Program-made: the position numbers and the translations under genes | In this document: piece by piece, positions 13,690 to 27,266 of the stretch | Numbering within the stretch: position 1 is the first letter of the stretch | Layout: every line of letters starts with the position of its first letter | Notes under the pieces: generated by a model | What the model was told of the DNA's origin: nothing | Databases searched by the model: none | What the model saw: only the letters and a program-made list of their open reading frames with translations | From: Podarcis gaigeae | Lineage: Eukaryota | Direction: 5' to 3' (one strand) | Length of the DNA: 64,000 nucleotides | Assembly (NCBI GenBank): GCA_964106915.2 | Contig: OZ066915.1

Positions 13690-13827
13690 CACCGGTTCTC
13701 AACCTGTGGGCCCCCAGATGTTGTTGGACTACAACTCCCATCACCCCTGAGCTCTGGCCTTGCTAGCTAGGGGTGATGGGAGTTGTAGTTCAACAACATC
13801 TGGGGACCCACAGGTTGAGAAAGGCTG
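13690..13827. mobile_element. Palindromic hAT-type MITE (138 bp)
   Basis: Perfect 8-bp TSD ttctaggt (13682-13689, 13828-13835); near-perfect hairpin; core cagatgttgttggactacaactcccatca shared with 10324. Confidence 0.93.
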
Positions 13828-15599
13828 TTCTAGGTAGTACAGCACTGACAGCCATGCCAGTCCATAATTCACATGAGGAGAACCTATAAGAACTGTGAAT
13901 TTCAACTTGGAAATTTGTATTTAGAGCCCTTAAAAATGCCAGTACATTTTTCTCTCAAAACACACACACACACCATATTCCAGAGACTTCACTTCTATCA
14001 GTGATGCAGTCTAGCTTCTTTCCAGCAGAGGCAACGCAGGATTTGTTAATGAAGCGGAAAAAGCTGGATCTGTGTGGGCAATGTGGAGTCCATATAGGTG
14101 GATTTAATTTCTTCTGAGGGTCCAAACGATGCAACCGCATGACAGATTCCTCATTAACGAGATGGATTAGAATGTGTATCATGACTGATGCCTACCCTGA
14201 GTAATACTTTAAAGAGCTCATTCCACTAGAGCTATTGGACACATCTTGGGTGGAGGAGAGAAATTGGCGCATGTAGAGGATATTTGCAGAAAGTTACACT
14301 TCCACCATATGTCACTAGAAGTCTCTTTAGATGTAAATTTTGGATGGAGTTTTCAGTGTTGCTGTAGTCTGGTTTGTCCTTTTTCTACCACCCACTCTGA
14401 ATAATACCCAACTACTTGGGTTCTTTGCTTTATTTTTCCCTGAAGGATTATAGGAAGCTTTCTTTCCCCACACCCCCAGCCTTACTTATGACTTTACCTT
14501 TTCTTTCTTCTGTCCCTCTCGCTTCTGTTTTGCTAAATGATTAACTATGTGGAGCATTAGCATCTTGTTAGTAGCGCTGGGGAAACATTGGGTCAAAAAT
14601 CTGAAGCTTTTTCACAATTACTAAATTGATGGAGATGCTAGTAAAGAGGAGGGAAGTTACCAGGTCCAATCAGTTTGGTACTTCTGACTTGCAACAAATC
14701 ATTTTGTAGGAAAGAAAATGTCCTTTTAATTTTTAATAGCTTTGCCATGAACTTTTATGAGGTAATAATCTGGTTCCTGAGTGGATAAAGGATGAGGTTA
14801 CAGGCCAAGTACCTTGTTTCCCTCAAGGGTAAAGGTGAAATTGATAACAAAAAAGAAGCATACCGTGTTTCACGTTCCCTCTCTTTTATTCCCCCAATTG
14901 TTGAAATTGCTGCTTCAAAGGAAGTGAGCAGTATGTGACATATATAAGACATATCATAGTGAAAAGAGGAGACGACTATGTGAGTAAAGACAAAAAGAGA
15001 GGTGGTATGAGGAAAGGGCTTGGAAACTGTGCTACTGATAATTTGATTATCCTCAAGATGACAGGTGGGATTTGAAGAATCACTGAAGTGACTAACACTC
15101 AGCTCTACTAGAGATGTATACCCACCATGGTGCAGTTAGTGGCTCGTGCTGACATAAATGCAAGGGATCTGAAACTTGGCAAATGGAGTAAACCAGTCCT
15201 GTTATTACGCTCATCATTTTGAAAGGTTACTGCCAAGTACACACAGTTCCCACATACCGCCCACAAAGCACTCCCTGAAAATAGTTGGATAAGTGAGTGT
15301 TTGCCTAACGAGTCCATGATTTCCATTGAATCCTATGGTAATCAGTGATCGCTCTCCCACTCCTGCCATGGTTTCTTGCTAAAATGGCTGTAGCCAAGCA
15401 GCAAAAGAGTAACAAAGGAAAAAACCGATTTGTCTGATCACTCTTTCCCCACTGTTCTCTGATTCTTCCGATCTCTTCCTGACCATGGTTTCTGTCCCAA
15501 AATGGCTGCCTCTGACCGTCAAAACATAACAAGTAGGGAAGTGGGCAAGCTATGGCTCTTTGGATATCTGAATCTGCATAACAAGGTTTGGGCATAATT

Positions 15600-15890
15600 C
15601 TTTATGTTTGGATAAGTGAATTGGCAGATAACAAATGAGCTGAGAGCTGGATCCAGATGTTCTGATGACACCTCACTCCAATATGACTTCTCGCAGAGAA
15701 TTCATGTGGGTGTTAAAAAGCATGAGGAATTATGTTTATAAAACTCCATAGGATAATTCTAATGGAGACAACCAGTAGTTTCCTCACACCTTAGAAATAT
15801 GAAGAACCACCATGAATTGCATTTATGAACTTGACTTCGTAAAGGCTTTTTGAAACTCCAGGTATGCAATATCTACTTGACATTCTGCAA
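15600..15890 (-). mobile_element. Degraded CR1 ORF2 (reverse transcriptase) fragment
   Basis: Minus-strand translation VDIAYLEFQKAF resembles the CR1 RT motif VDxxYLDFxKAFD; left boundary approximate. Confidence 0.6.
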
Positions 15891-17177
15891 GTGTAATACT
15901 AGCAGATTCTTTGCTTTCAGCACTGCTGCAGAACAGATCCACAAATAGGTTCCAAACTGCATTTGATTGGATTAATTGTGAATTTTCCACCTGTGCTATA
16001 TGTCTCAGTGGATCAGTTTTTAGCAGATATCTAGAAAACGAGGGCACTGTCTTGATTCTTGTCAGTTGAAGAGGCCATTTGGGAACAATCACGTCAACCA
16101 CTTACAATCTTAGTATTTCATAAATAGGTAAGAGCATCAACAGGGTCAATTGTCGAGTCAGCTGAAAAATCCCTAAGAGCAAGCTGGGAAACCTGCAGTA
16201 TTCATTCAGCACCTTCTGATGATGGACCACCTTAATGAGTTTCACACATGCCCACATTTCATTGCTTGCCAGGATTTAATTGCCACCCTCCTAACAGTTC
16301 TGGAGCAGTGCAAAGAGCTGCTCTCTGTGAGCTAGTGCGACATTGGCTGATATAGGTACTCCTTCCCCCATTTATTGCAGGAGGGTATGCTAGCACAATT
16401 CTGTGGTCCTGTTTCTCCTCTTTTAGATGAGGCAGCCATTTTGTGTTATGCCATCTCCCCCCATCCATTTTGTGATATGCTATGTCCCCATAACAGACAT
16501 TTTATAACTGGCTTTTCTGCTTGGTGACCTCTGCTGTAGAAGCTAGAGAATTCTGTGCCCCCATATTAATAGGTAAAGATCTGCCCATGACAAAGCAATC
16601 ACTAAGACTCTCTCCCCAAACGTCGCATTCTTCTTGTCCAGAGCAGAAAACCAAATCAGGTAGGCATATGCCCAACTGAATGCATTACGACAACTGGTGA
16701 AGCCCATAGGGTTGTTGTGTGGACTGGAACTTCGCCGGAAAGTCGAGCTCAGTTCTGATGTTGGAAGTCCTCCAAAGTAAAGCATGGAGGTCCTCAAAAC
16801 TATACCAGATCTCACTTCAATGTCATGGTGAGCAGAATCCCTAGACCATCCTTGGATTCCAATATTTGGTGCAAAAGCCCAATAAATATGGTTTAATGGG
16901 CTGAAGAACTAGTGAGTGAAATGGAATATCTTTGGATCTTAACAACTTCACTTCCCCACACATTGTCCTGTGCTTTCATTACATGGAATACTTGGCTGAA
17001 ATTCACTAAACCAGAGTAGAATCTGTAGGTTCTCCCCACCTGTTCTGCTTTTAACCAGTTCTAAGTCCTCAGTTATTGTTGTTTTGTTACAGTAATTGGC
17101 CTCCACAGTCAGTTACAGACTCACTGTTAAAACTGTGTTCATGGAAGACAATCTTACTTGGCTACGAGTGATTGCCA

Positions 17178-17236
17178 AAGAAGAAGAAGAAGAAGAAGAA
17201 GAAGAAGAAGAAGAAGAAGAAGAAGAAGAAGAAGAA
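17178..17236. repeat. (GAA)n microsatellite
   Basis: About 19 perfect units; source of the poly-E and poly-S ORFs. Confidence 0.97.
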
Positions 17237-19111
17237 AGGAGTAACCAACATGGAACCTTCCTGGTTGGACTCAAACTTCCACCAGTCTCAGCCAGCATGG
17301 CCAATTGCCGGAGATTATGGGAGTTGTAGTCTCAACAATATATGAATGGCACCACATTGGTTACCTGTGCACTAGGACAACACTGACATACCCAAGTTAC
17401 CTGTCACTATTAGGGACTAGTACTATTTTAATTGATCTTGACCAGACAAAATTACTTTTAAAAAGTTCTTTTGGAAAGGGGGAAATAACAATTATTTCTT
17501 AATTCATGACAATATAATAGACTACTTTTTTCTTTTTTTAAAAAATAGAACTGTTCATTTTGAGAAACACTTTGAGTTATTTGCTCAAGTTATTGTATTC
17601 TAGCTTCACGGAAAGACACAACTTCCATACAAACATGCTTTCATTCTGATATTTCTTTGAATTTTCCATTATGATGGTGGATAGAATGTTGATGGTGTAC
17701 CCTTGTTTTGATAACAGTAATGAATTAGCCATCTGTTAGTTGCTGCCTGAGTGGACAGCTATAAAGACGAGATTGATTGGGCAGTTTCATATGTAACATT
17801 GTCTTCAAACCTGTGTATGTATGCTGTACTGTCATTGAATGCAATAGGTGTTTTACTGGCAGTTAATAAAACAGTGTAAACTACTGGACAATAATATAAA
17901 CCTTGTGCAAGTTTAGTTGCTAAACCCAGTTGCCCCCTTGGGCAATTGTGGACAAATACATTTTGCATTGTTACTTTATTTTATGGTTGTCTCAGATGAC
18001 TAGGCAGAACTTCAATCATTTTGTGACACTGGGCTATTTGATATGATACGAATCTGCATAAAATCATAACACAGACTGAACTGGATACTGGCTGGAAAAA
18101 TATTTATTTATTTGTGACTTGATGTTTTTAGAGTACTGCCAAGTAAATCCCATCTTCTCATAAATCAGGTGTGTGTGTACATGTGCCTAACTTCAGAAAT
18201 AGGGAATTGGCAGAAAAGGCATGGGAGAAAACATGCAAGGCTATGTGGTGAGAAGTCCCAGTCCCTGCAACATAGCCAAAATTATCCCAAGACATTTTTC
18301 ATCTTAGGGCAAATAATTACCTGCAGTAGATGCTGGCTCTGTTACCTGGGTTACTAGGAGGCCTTTAGGGAACCAGACCTCTCACAGTTCTAGAGTCACA
18401 AGACTCTCCTTTTCAGGCATCCCTTTTGTATTGGGAGCCACTGGGCAGAATAGTTCAACTCTCGATACTTTCACCCTTTATCTAGTCAACTATGGTATAT
18501 ATTAATAGAGCACTACTGTTGTCTAATTAGTAACTGAGTTTCTGCTGTTACTGGAGAACCTCCAGTTGCAGATTTTAATGGAAAACTCCCTCGTTTTTCA
18601 GAAGCTTCTCCATGGCTTATGTTTCCATTCAGTCACTCTGCCACCATAATTTGCCTTACCCTTGTTTTCATTCACATGCCAGGCATGAAATGAAGGCACA
18701 GCGTAATGGTGTATTAACTTGCAAATCTTCCAAGAAGTTACATGACAGCCAGATGCTGGTGTTGGCTATTTTAGGTGCAACTAATTGACTACAGATGCAT
18801 GGGTCCTTTTGGACTCAGGGGGCAGAATGGGGGCAGAACAGGGGTGGAGTGGGGCGGGGCATGCTTATATGCACTCCTTTGACATGCACAGGGGCTGGGA
18901 ATGGAACTCCTGTGCGAAATGGTTGCGGCCTGTACCATTATTTGATTCAGATGTAAGAAGGGGGGAATCACACAGTGGGCCTTTTAGTAAGAGCAATAAA
19001 ACTTGCCTTATGTAGATGAACAAATTCAGAGTAAGGTACTTTTTCTGGATGATATTACTTCAAAGCACTTCAAAAGTAGTGCAGAGTCAACTGCTGGAAT
19101 AAAAGTACACT

Positions 19112-19468
19112 AAGGTAAAGGGTAAAGGGACCCCTGGCCATTAGATCCAGTCGTGACCGACTCTGGGGTTGCGGTGCTCATCGCGTTTTATTGGCCGAGG
19201 GAGCCGGCATACAACTTTCGGGTCATGTGGCTAGCATGACTAAGCTGCTTCTGGCGAACCAGAGCAGCGCACGGAAACGCCGCTTACCTTCCCACCGGAG
19301 CGGTACCTATTTATCTACTTGCACTTTGACGTGCTTTCGAACTGCTAGATTGGCAGGAGCAGGGACCAAGCAACGGGAGCTCACCCCATCACAGGGATTC
19401 AATCCGCCGACCTTCTGATCAGCAAGTCCTAGGCTCTGTGGTTTAACCCACAGCACCACCCGCATCCC
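19112..19468 (-). mobile_element. Sauria SINE, full length
   Basis: Reverse complement begins gggatgcgggtggtgctgtgggttaaaccacagagcctaggacttg and ends ggggtccctttaccctttacc; colinear with 52196-52549. Confidence 0.93.
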
Positions 19469-20516
19469 TAAAAAACTCTATACTAGCTGAGACTAATTTC
19501 GCCCCTTAAATTTCCTTTTTGACCTAATGAGGACCGGTTTTGGATATTCTTAGACTTGGTGGAAGCAGGAAGTTGAAAGTACCTTGTAGTTCCTGTTCCC
19601 TAGTATTGGGTCTTAGGAGACACATTGCATCTCCACCTGTGGAGAGCTCTGCCATCTGTAATGACACCAGCAATCCAGCTGCCCCACTTGGCAAGCCACG
19701 TCTGGCAAGCGCTGATGGAAGTTGGGAGTGCTGACAGCTTCTGATGGGTCATAAGTTCCCAACCCCTGGTATAGACAGTACTGAACTAGGTGGACCAATG
19801 GCCTGACTTCAGCACGGCAGGTATTTATCTTCATTTGGGAATCTTTGGACTTCTCTGAATGGAAGTGGGTAGTAGCAACTTTTGTCTTAACATCCATTCC
19901 TGCACCGTTCCTGTTGCATCAGTTATGCCCTGAACTGAGTGCATTAATCTTCAGTAATTGTCCCAATGCCATGTTTACACACAAGTCTAGCAATTTCAGT
20001 TTATATGTATGATAGACTATGTATATAGTGATTAATAGCTCAACTGCATAGCTTTGTAACCAGCGGTAGCCTGACATTCTGCTTGGAATGTGGTAGTGGC
20101 AGGATTCTAGAACTCGGAGGAGGCTGTTGCAGTCAAATTCCACACACATGAATTATGACAAGTTAGGCTGACTGTACTGTGGTTTGTTGTGTCTGGTTTG
20201 GTTCCTACTTTTAAAGCTGCAGTTGCATTTGGTCATTTGAAGCTTATTTTCGTAGTCTGGCCAAACCAGCTGGATCCCCGTGCACTGCAGGGAAACATAA
20301 AACGTTCAGCGTTTGAGCTAAAGTGCTCGACAGATAAGAAGACTCTTGTTACATCATGCACACTGTCTTGTGGGGTTACTAACTTCATTTTATTTGATTG
20401 GATGCTGAACAAGGCAAAGGAACACTCTTAATGGAAAGAAGAAAACACTTTGGGTACAATCCAGATTGATTATATCAGTGGAAAAATTGCCTTGACTCTA
20501 GTGGGAGCTGTATTGC

Positions 20517-20561
20517 TGTATGTATGTATGTATGTATGTATGTATGTATGTATGTATGTAT
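20517..20561. repeat. (TGTA)n microsatellite
   Basis: About 11 perfect units. Confidence 0.97.
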
Positions 20562-21086
20562 ACAGTAATTTCTAAACTAAATGAGAGATCAAGAATAACT
20601 AAGGAATGAATTGGATCAGTCCCGCTGTTTTGGTGCAGTGGGTAGGTAGGATAGAGAATGCTGTGTATAAATATCTCACAGTTGGGTTTGCACACAGATT
20701 GTGGATTTCTGAAATCTATATATTAAACAACTTATGCCAGCTGCCTGAAATGAAATGGGAAATCCTGCCCTCTACACTCATATGCCAACACTGTGTCTGG
20801 TCTTTTGGCCTAATTGTATACCAAGGTTAGAGTAGTGTGCACACTTAGCTGGGAACAGTTCCCTTGAAAACAGGAAGACTTATTTCCAAGTAGAAATATA
20901 TAGGATTGCACTGTAAGAGATGGCAAGTAACAATAGGTAAATAATAACCTGATTGTAAGAGGTGATGTGATCATAATTAAAATAAATAGTAATTTTAAAA
21001 AATTAATTTCTATATAGCCCTTACAAGTATCCAAAACACTTCACATGCATTATCTAGCTGTAATCCTTACCGTATGAGCCCCAGTT

Positions 21087-21290
21087 ATGTATTTATTAGA
21101 TTTCCATCCCACCATTCCTCTAAGGTGGCTTACACAGTTCTCCCACTCCTTAACTTGTTCCCACAACAACCCTGTGAGGTAGTTTAGGCTAAGAGACAGT
21201 GACTGGCTCACCCAGTGAGCTTCATGGCTGAGTGAGAAATTGAACCCTGGTGTCCAAGGGTGCAGCATGCGAACCACCACACCACATTGG
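21087..21290 (-). mobile_element. Old tRNA-derived SINE (Squam3-like)
   Basis: Reverse complement ccaatgtggtgtggtggtt ... gggttcaattt ... ctgggtgagccagtcac ... tacctcacagggttgttgtggg ... aataaata. Confidence 0.75.
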
Positions 21291-22399
21291 CATATCTGAG
21301 GGTTGAGGGTTGGTTGCGAGGGGACTTCCCCAGGGACTTCCTATGGCCACTACGCTGCAACTGTTCTCTTTGAAGGAGACTGTGAAACCAGCAGCAAAGG
21401 CATAATAATGGGCCAGTGTGGCATGAAGGTGTGCTGAACTCTGCTCCCTTCATCTCGGTATGTACAGCTGGTTCTGGGAGACTCCGCACACATCAGGGTT
21501 CTTTTTAATTATTTGGAAGGGGATGTTGCATGGTTATTTAAAGAAAAGAAAAGAAAATCCCCTTTTCTGCACCCCCCATCCTCATTTGCTAAATGTGAAG
21601 GATAAATAATTTAATCTGGTGAAGAATGATAAATCTGGGTATCAGAGGGAGTCAACATGGTTGATAAATGACTGGGTTTCCCCCCTCCCCTCTGCAGGGT
21701 TGCCTAAACAAAATGTGGAAACACGAGTTGTATTATACATAGAAGTGTGTAACCAAGTGGCTGTGAATGTTGCCTCTGTTGCCAGTATGTGGAAACCGTA
21801 TCTCGTTAAATACTTCCTCGGTGTACTTCTTGTTTGTACTGGTAACGCTGGAAATCACATGGGAGGCAGAGGTGCTCTTTAGATGACTTTTCTGGGAGAT
21901 AAAGAAAACCAGAGGGATGTGGCATGCTTGCGTTGTGTGCCAGGAATGCTGAATGTTTGGGCGGTTCGCCTTTGGTGGGGCGCTGCTGTTGTCATTGGTT
22001 CTAAAGAGAGTTTGACAAGTGACAGAGCTGGGTTCACAACATACAGTAGATTAAAAGGATAAGAAACTGAAGAGAGAAAACCCGGCTACAAAAGGTTTTA
22101 CTGTTAACAATAGCAAAGAGGGATCTTGAAAGGACGAGTAAAATGCTTCTTGGTCATAAAGGTAATGTGTTTGTATGTTCTGAATTGGCATTTACTTATT
22201 TGGAAATATATTTTGACCAGCAGAGATGAGTATCTCAGGACCCATTTTTGTTCCACCATTCACACAGCCCCATTGCTATTGACTGCCTGTCTCCCCAAAA
22301 GATTTTTAATAATAGGCTCCTGAGATGCAATAAGGCCTTCAGTTTGAGATCCTAAAGTGCTTCATAAATATTATTTAAACCTATTAAATACTATTTAAT

Positions 22400-22525
22400 C
22401 CCCGGAACCACCAGGATGGGGTGGGAAAGAAAGTCCTGCCTGATACTGTGGAGAGCTGCTGCCATTCATTGTGAGCAATAGATGGACCAACTGATCTGAT
22501 TCAGCTTATTTCCCTGTGCTCCCAC
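22400..22525 (+). mobile_element. Degraded LINE 3'-end remnant (CR1-like)
   Basis: cctgcctga..ggagagctgctgcca..tagatggaccaa..tctga; related remnants near 19770-19830 (+) and 50870-50915 (-). Confidence 0.5.
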
Positions 22526-23087
22526 GTTCCTGAAAAATCAGCAGCTGTTGGAGGGTACATCTGTACCCAGCCTTGCTTCTAGGTGTGCAGGTGATGGCTA
22601 TGGACAGGAGTGCCTTTTTCCAGCTGTGATAGGTGCCACTGATGAGCAAGGATGGGGAGCCTCTGCCTCACAGACCTCATTAAGCCCTCCAGGCTATTTT
22701 GGCTAGGCTATGTTCACTTGGCCCTCAAGTATGGGGTAGGTAAACTCGCCGCTGGGCCAAAAAAGGGGTCGCATGTGCTGCTGATCACTGCTTGTCTGCT
22801 TCTGCATAGCCCTTTGGAATGAAGCCCCAACTTTCAGCTGATTGTTGGGGCTTCAAAGCACAATGCGGTGCTCGCTGCAAACATCAATGATGAACTGATA
22901 GTTGCAGCCTAAGCAACAATTCCAGTGAGCTGGAATTAGGGGCACTAGGGAGTTCCCCTTCAGGAATTTCCAAGGAAGCTGGAGGAATCACTTTGAATAC
23001 AAATCACATTCTCTGCAGATAGGAAAATAATCCTTTTTAAGGAACGTTTCCCACCTCTGAAGAGACCTCAAAGAGCCTCCCTGTTGT

Positions 23088-23112
23088 AACAACAACAACA
23101 ACAACAACAACA
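23088..23112. repeat. (AAC)n microsatellite
   Basis: About 8 units. Confidence 0.95.
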
Positions 23113-23197
23113 GCTGATAATCAGATCAGTGGTTACAGAGAATCTCTGTGACGGTTGCTAGTAGTCTGATCTTATATCATGAAATTTCAGAGAACTA

Positions 23198-23492
23198 CAG
23201 TGGTGCCTCGCAAGATGAAAAGAATCCGTTCTGCGAGTCTCTTCGTCTAGCGGTTTTTTCGTCTTGCGAAGCAAGCCCATTGACGGATTAGCGCTTTTAG
23301 CGGCTTATCGGCTTAGCGGATAAGCGGCTTATCGGTTTAGAAAAGGGGGGGGGGGAGGAAAAAAAACCTGCAGGAACTTGCAAGACATTTTCGCATAGGA
23401 AATTCGTTTTGCGAAGCACCTCCAAAACGGAAAACTCTTTCGTCTAGCGAGTTTTCCGTCTTGCGAGGCATTCGTCTTGCGGGGCACCACTG
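23198..23492. mobile_element. Tc1/mariner MITE, family C
   Basis: TA|cagtggtgcctcgcaaga ... tcttgcggggcaccactg|TA; repeated ttcgtcttgcga motifs; CpG-rich. Confidence 0.9.
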
Positions 23493-23657
23493 TATATGTT
23501 TTGTTACTTCAGCTTCACATTGTTACCCTTTGAGCACTGATGACTTACCAAGAAGTGAGGGAAGGCTTTGACCTATCTTACTCAGGCCTAGTGATAGTTG
23601 GTTAGATGCATTCCTGAATTGTTCGGAAAGGATCACCATTAAGAAAACTGGAGTGTA

Positions 23658-23876
23658 CAGTGGTACCTCGGGTTACAAACACCTCGGGTTACAGACTCCG
23701 CTAACCTGGAAGTAGTACCTTGGGTTAAGAACTTTACCTCAGGATGAGAACAGAAATCGCATGCCGGCAGCAGTGGGAGGCCCCATTAGCTAAAGTGGTA
23801 CCTCAGGTTAAGAACGGTTTCAGATTAAGAACGGACCTCCAGAACAAATGTAAGTTCGTAACCAGAGGTACCACTA
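23658..23876 (-). mobile_element. Tc1/mariner MITE, family A
   Basis: TA|cagtggtacctcgggttac ... gaggtaccacta|TA. Confidence 0.9.
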
Positions 23877-26800
23877 TAGGGTAATTAACAAATGGCCTGT
23901 GGCAATGTATGCACTTTTTTCACTCAAAACTAAACATAGAGGGCTCATTCCAGATTGGGACAACAGTGTACAGGGAGAGAAGGTTTACTGCTTCCCTCCC
24001 CTGCCACAACTCTTACCCTCCCCTAACACATATCCTAAGGGGCAAATTCCAGGAGTAAAAAAAGTGTCCCACTAATAACCGTAGGATTTTAATTTTTTTT
24101 AAGCTATTGGGAACAGTGGAGGTCAAGTTTTCAAAGAGTTGTGGAAGCTCTTTCTCTTTCCTCCTCCCCCCACGTGGCCCCCACCTACCCACTATGTGCT
24201 GTAACCCAATCCATATAATTGCAGCATGTAATTTTGAGTAACAAAAAAAGAACATATATGTAGCTTCAGGCTACGTATTAAACCCCATGCCAGAGGTCTT
24301 TCCCAGTCTTGCTATCTGACATCCTTTAATTGGAGATGCCATGGATTGAATGGGGGGGGGGGGCTTTCTGCATGTATCACACAAGATATTGTGGCACTCC
24401 CTACTCATTGTGTGCGGTATAATGCTGGAGAAAAGTCTTAACATGCCCATAACACACATTTGAACCCATGCAAATGTCTTCCCAGTACTGGAGTCAGCTG
24501 TGGCTGACTTGGCAAAAGCCCAAAATTGTGGAAGCCCCTCCACAAAAAGGTTCAACTGGCACCTTCACTATACAGTTTTGGGCAAATGCTGAATACTTTC
24601 CTCTTTACATTGGCTTTTGACACTGGAGATGTGTGTTTTCAGTGCCGACCCTGTTCTTGTTCTTGCAATTTAATTTAACAGTTTTTAGTACTGAATTTTA
24701 AATTGTAACTTGCACTGGGTCCTGTTGGGCAGATAATAAATATGACAGTAACAATAATATCATTTATAATAATAACATGACAGTGCAAATGTTCCTTTGT
24801 TGAGGTAATGCTAACACTCTCAAAATTGCTTCCCCCCCCTTCCTGCCTTTGTCCAATACCATTTGTACTTTCTGTTTCTTAAAAGAAAATAAGGGAAAGG
24901 GAAGTATATTGCGCTACTTCATGCAATGCTACACAACATGTTTGGAAAAACAGAGTCCTGTTACCTTGTGGGACCCAAGAATATGAGATCCTTGGCTTCG
25001 TTTACTTTCAATTCCAAGCTATTATTTTTTGAAATACTTTCAGGTTCTCCCAGAAGGACCCGGTTCATGATATAAACCACTTTTACCTCTTCTTTATTTC
25101 CAAGAAATCATTGTGTCAAGTTTCCAATAAGCAATAGGCAGCAGTGTTGAGAAGATTAAGCTCCTATATCGCTTCATTCATAACTTCCCCAAACAGCTCA
25201 TTTATCAAAGGGCCGTGTCACAAATGACATGGGCATTCACTAAAATTAAACTTGTTTGGATTAAAATATATGACTTAACATTTAACTTCACTTAAAGATA
25301 TATGAGCGAGGTGCAGGGTTTTTTTTTTTTTAACTGCAAGTTGTACTGAATTCTAGCAAAGAAGAACAAAATGTTTTCTTTTGTTTTGTTGCTTGGTGGT
25401 AGGACTGTTTTGTAAACAACCTGATGCCTTGGCCTTGGGGACCTTGCAGCTGCTCCATTCAGGTTCCCTGTAGACATTTTGACAAAGTGGGGATTGTTGA
25501 AGAAGGAAAGTAAACAAGAAAATAAGAGTATATTTGATCATCTCCTAACCTGTTTGAACACACACCAGTTGTTTTTAAGGGCTGATTCCCAGACATGCAC
25601 TTAAAATCTGACTGGGGGCAGGAGGCAGGTTCCACCTGCTCCATGCAGACAGTTGTTGTTTTGAACAGACTCTCAGAATTAACAAGCTGAATATTACCTA
25701 CCATGTGTGCATGCATCCTCAAATATGTAAATCAGAAAGTGTGATGGTGTCATCTTTTCCCCAATGATATAAAACTTTGATAATACCCTGTTTCCAATCC
25801 CTTTGAGGAAGGACTATCTAATTTGATTACTTTTGTTGTCCTTGCACTTGTTTTTATTTCAACATGTGCATATGTACGCTGATCCCCTTAGACTGCAAAA
25901 TGTTTTTCAGCTGGAGAGGCCTCATTTTACGCACATGTGGATAGCAGCAGTGCTACCCTAACATGTTGTTTACACATGTCCATGTTAATAATATGTTCAA
26001 ACAAAAATTTCTTGTAGAGATAAGTATTTAAGAGCAGTAGAGCCTAAAATGTTTTAGCTTCACCTTTGATCATCACTTGATAACCCCTCTTTAATAAAAT
26101 GCAGCAGCTGTCCTTGAGTCCATGGTCTATATGATAAAATACGTGGGCTCCATGTGCTTTCGGTTCTTTCCTTGGTCATGGATTTTTGGGGAACAACTGT
26201 AAAATGGGCATTAGAGTGACACTGAGTTGGGAGGGACTACTGGATTGTCTAATCCCAACTTTTTTTGTAAACAGCTTAGAGGCTTTATTGCAATCAAGCA
26301 GTACATAAATAGATTTTAAAAACTGCAACTGCCTGCCTTTAAAAATATGCTCGTTGAAAAGCAGCTTGCTGCAAGTCTCAAAAAAAGATTAGAAGCCTTG
26401 TTTGTGCCTCAACTACCCGCTGTTATTATTTAGATTTATTGGTCATTTTTGTTACCAAGGTTTCCAAGCGGCTTATATTTAAAAACATAAACATAAATGT
26501 ATTGTTGTCCTCTGTCCTCCAGTGTCTGAGCTGTAGGTATTTTGTATTCATGGCTAGCTTATACTCTGCCAGAAAGGTGCTTTTTTAAAACAATGGTAAG
26601 ATGAACGAACCTTTGTTCCTTCTTGCTAGCATGTTTGGTGATGTGGTTTTTTAAACACACTGTGAACATGTAGTCATGGCTTCCTTTCATGCATACTGTT
26701 GTGTACTTACAAACAAGTACCTGCTTCATCTTTTATGGTGTTTACTGCTGCAAACTTTGATGTGTATGTGAGCTTCCTTAAAATGGAACGACATGGGTGC

Positions 26801-27139
26801 TGGGCCTTCTGCCCTCCAACGCTTCCATTCATTTCAATAAGCAAACTCTTTTCCTTGCTGCATTGTTAACATCTAGGCCAAATTAGCTGCAAGCAAACAT
26901 TTCCACTCACAGATAGGAAACTATCTGAATAGGTCTGCAACATTTAGTCAATTAATCAAGTAGAGTAATGGATTTAAAAGTTACGAATTTTTGTTACAAT
27001 CAGCAGATTTTACAAAAAATCATTAAAAACAAATGTTTTCAAGTCAGTTGCTTAGAAAAATGTGGGTGCTAGATCCAGCACGATCTTAGAGGAAACATTA
27101 CTCCTTTCCTTTCTTATAGGAGGGAATTCTAAGATGGAG

Positions 27140-27266
27140 AACAAAAGCAGGAGAGGGCTGTTGCGCTCATGTCCTATTTGTGGGCTTCTCATTGGTTGGG
27201 CTACTGTGGGAAACAGGACACCAGACTAGATAGGCCTTTGGCAGCAGAGCTCCCCTAATGTTCTTA
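27140..27266 (+). mobile_element. LINE (CR1-like) 3'-end remnant
   Basis: gcaggagagggctgttgcgctcatgtcct ... ctactgtgggaaacagg ... actagataggcc ... atgttctta; similar remnant at about 39775-39855. Confidence 0.55.

Noticed and set aside
16543-16815. 90-aa ORF in a slightly GC-richer stretch, possible pseudogene
   Set aside because: No recognisable protein similarity in the frames I examined
17096-17329. Poly-Glu and poly-Ser ORFs
   Set aside because: Translation of the (GAA)n microsatellite
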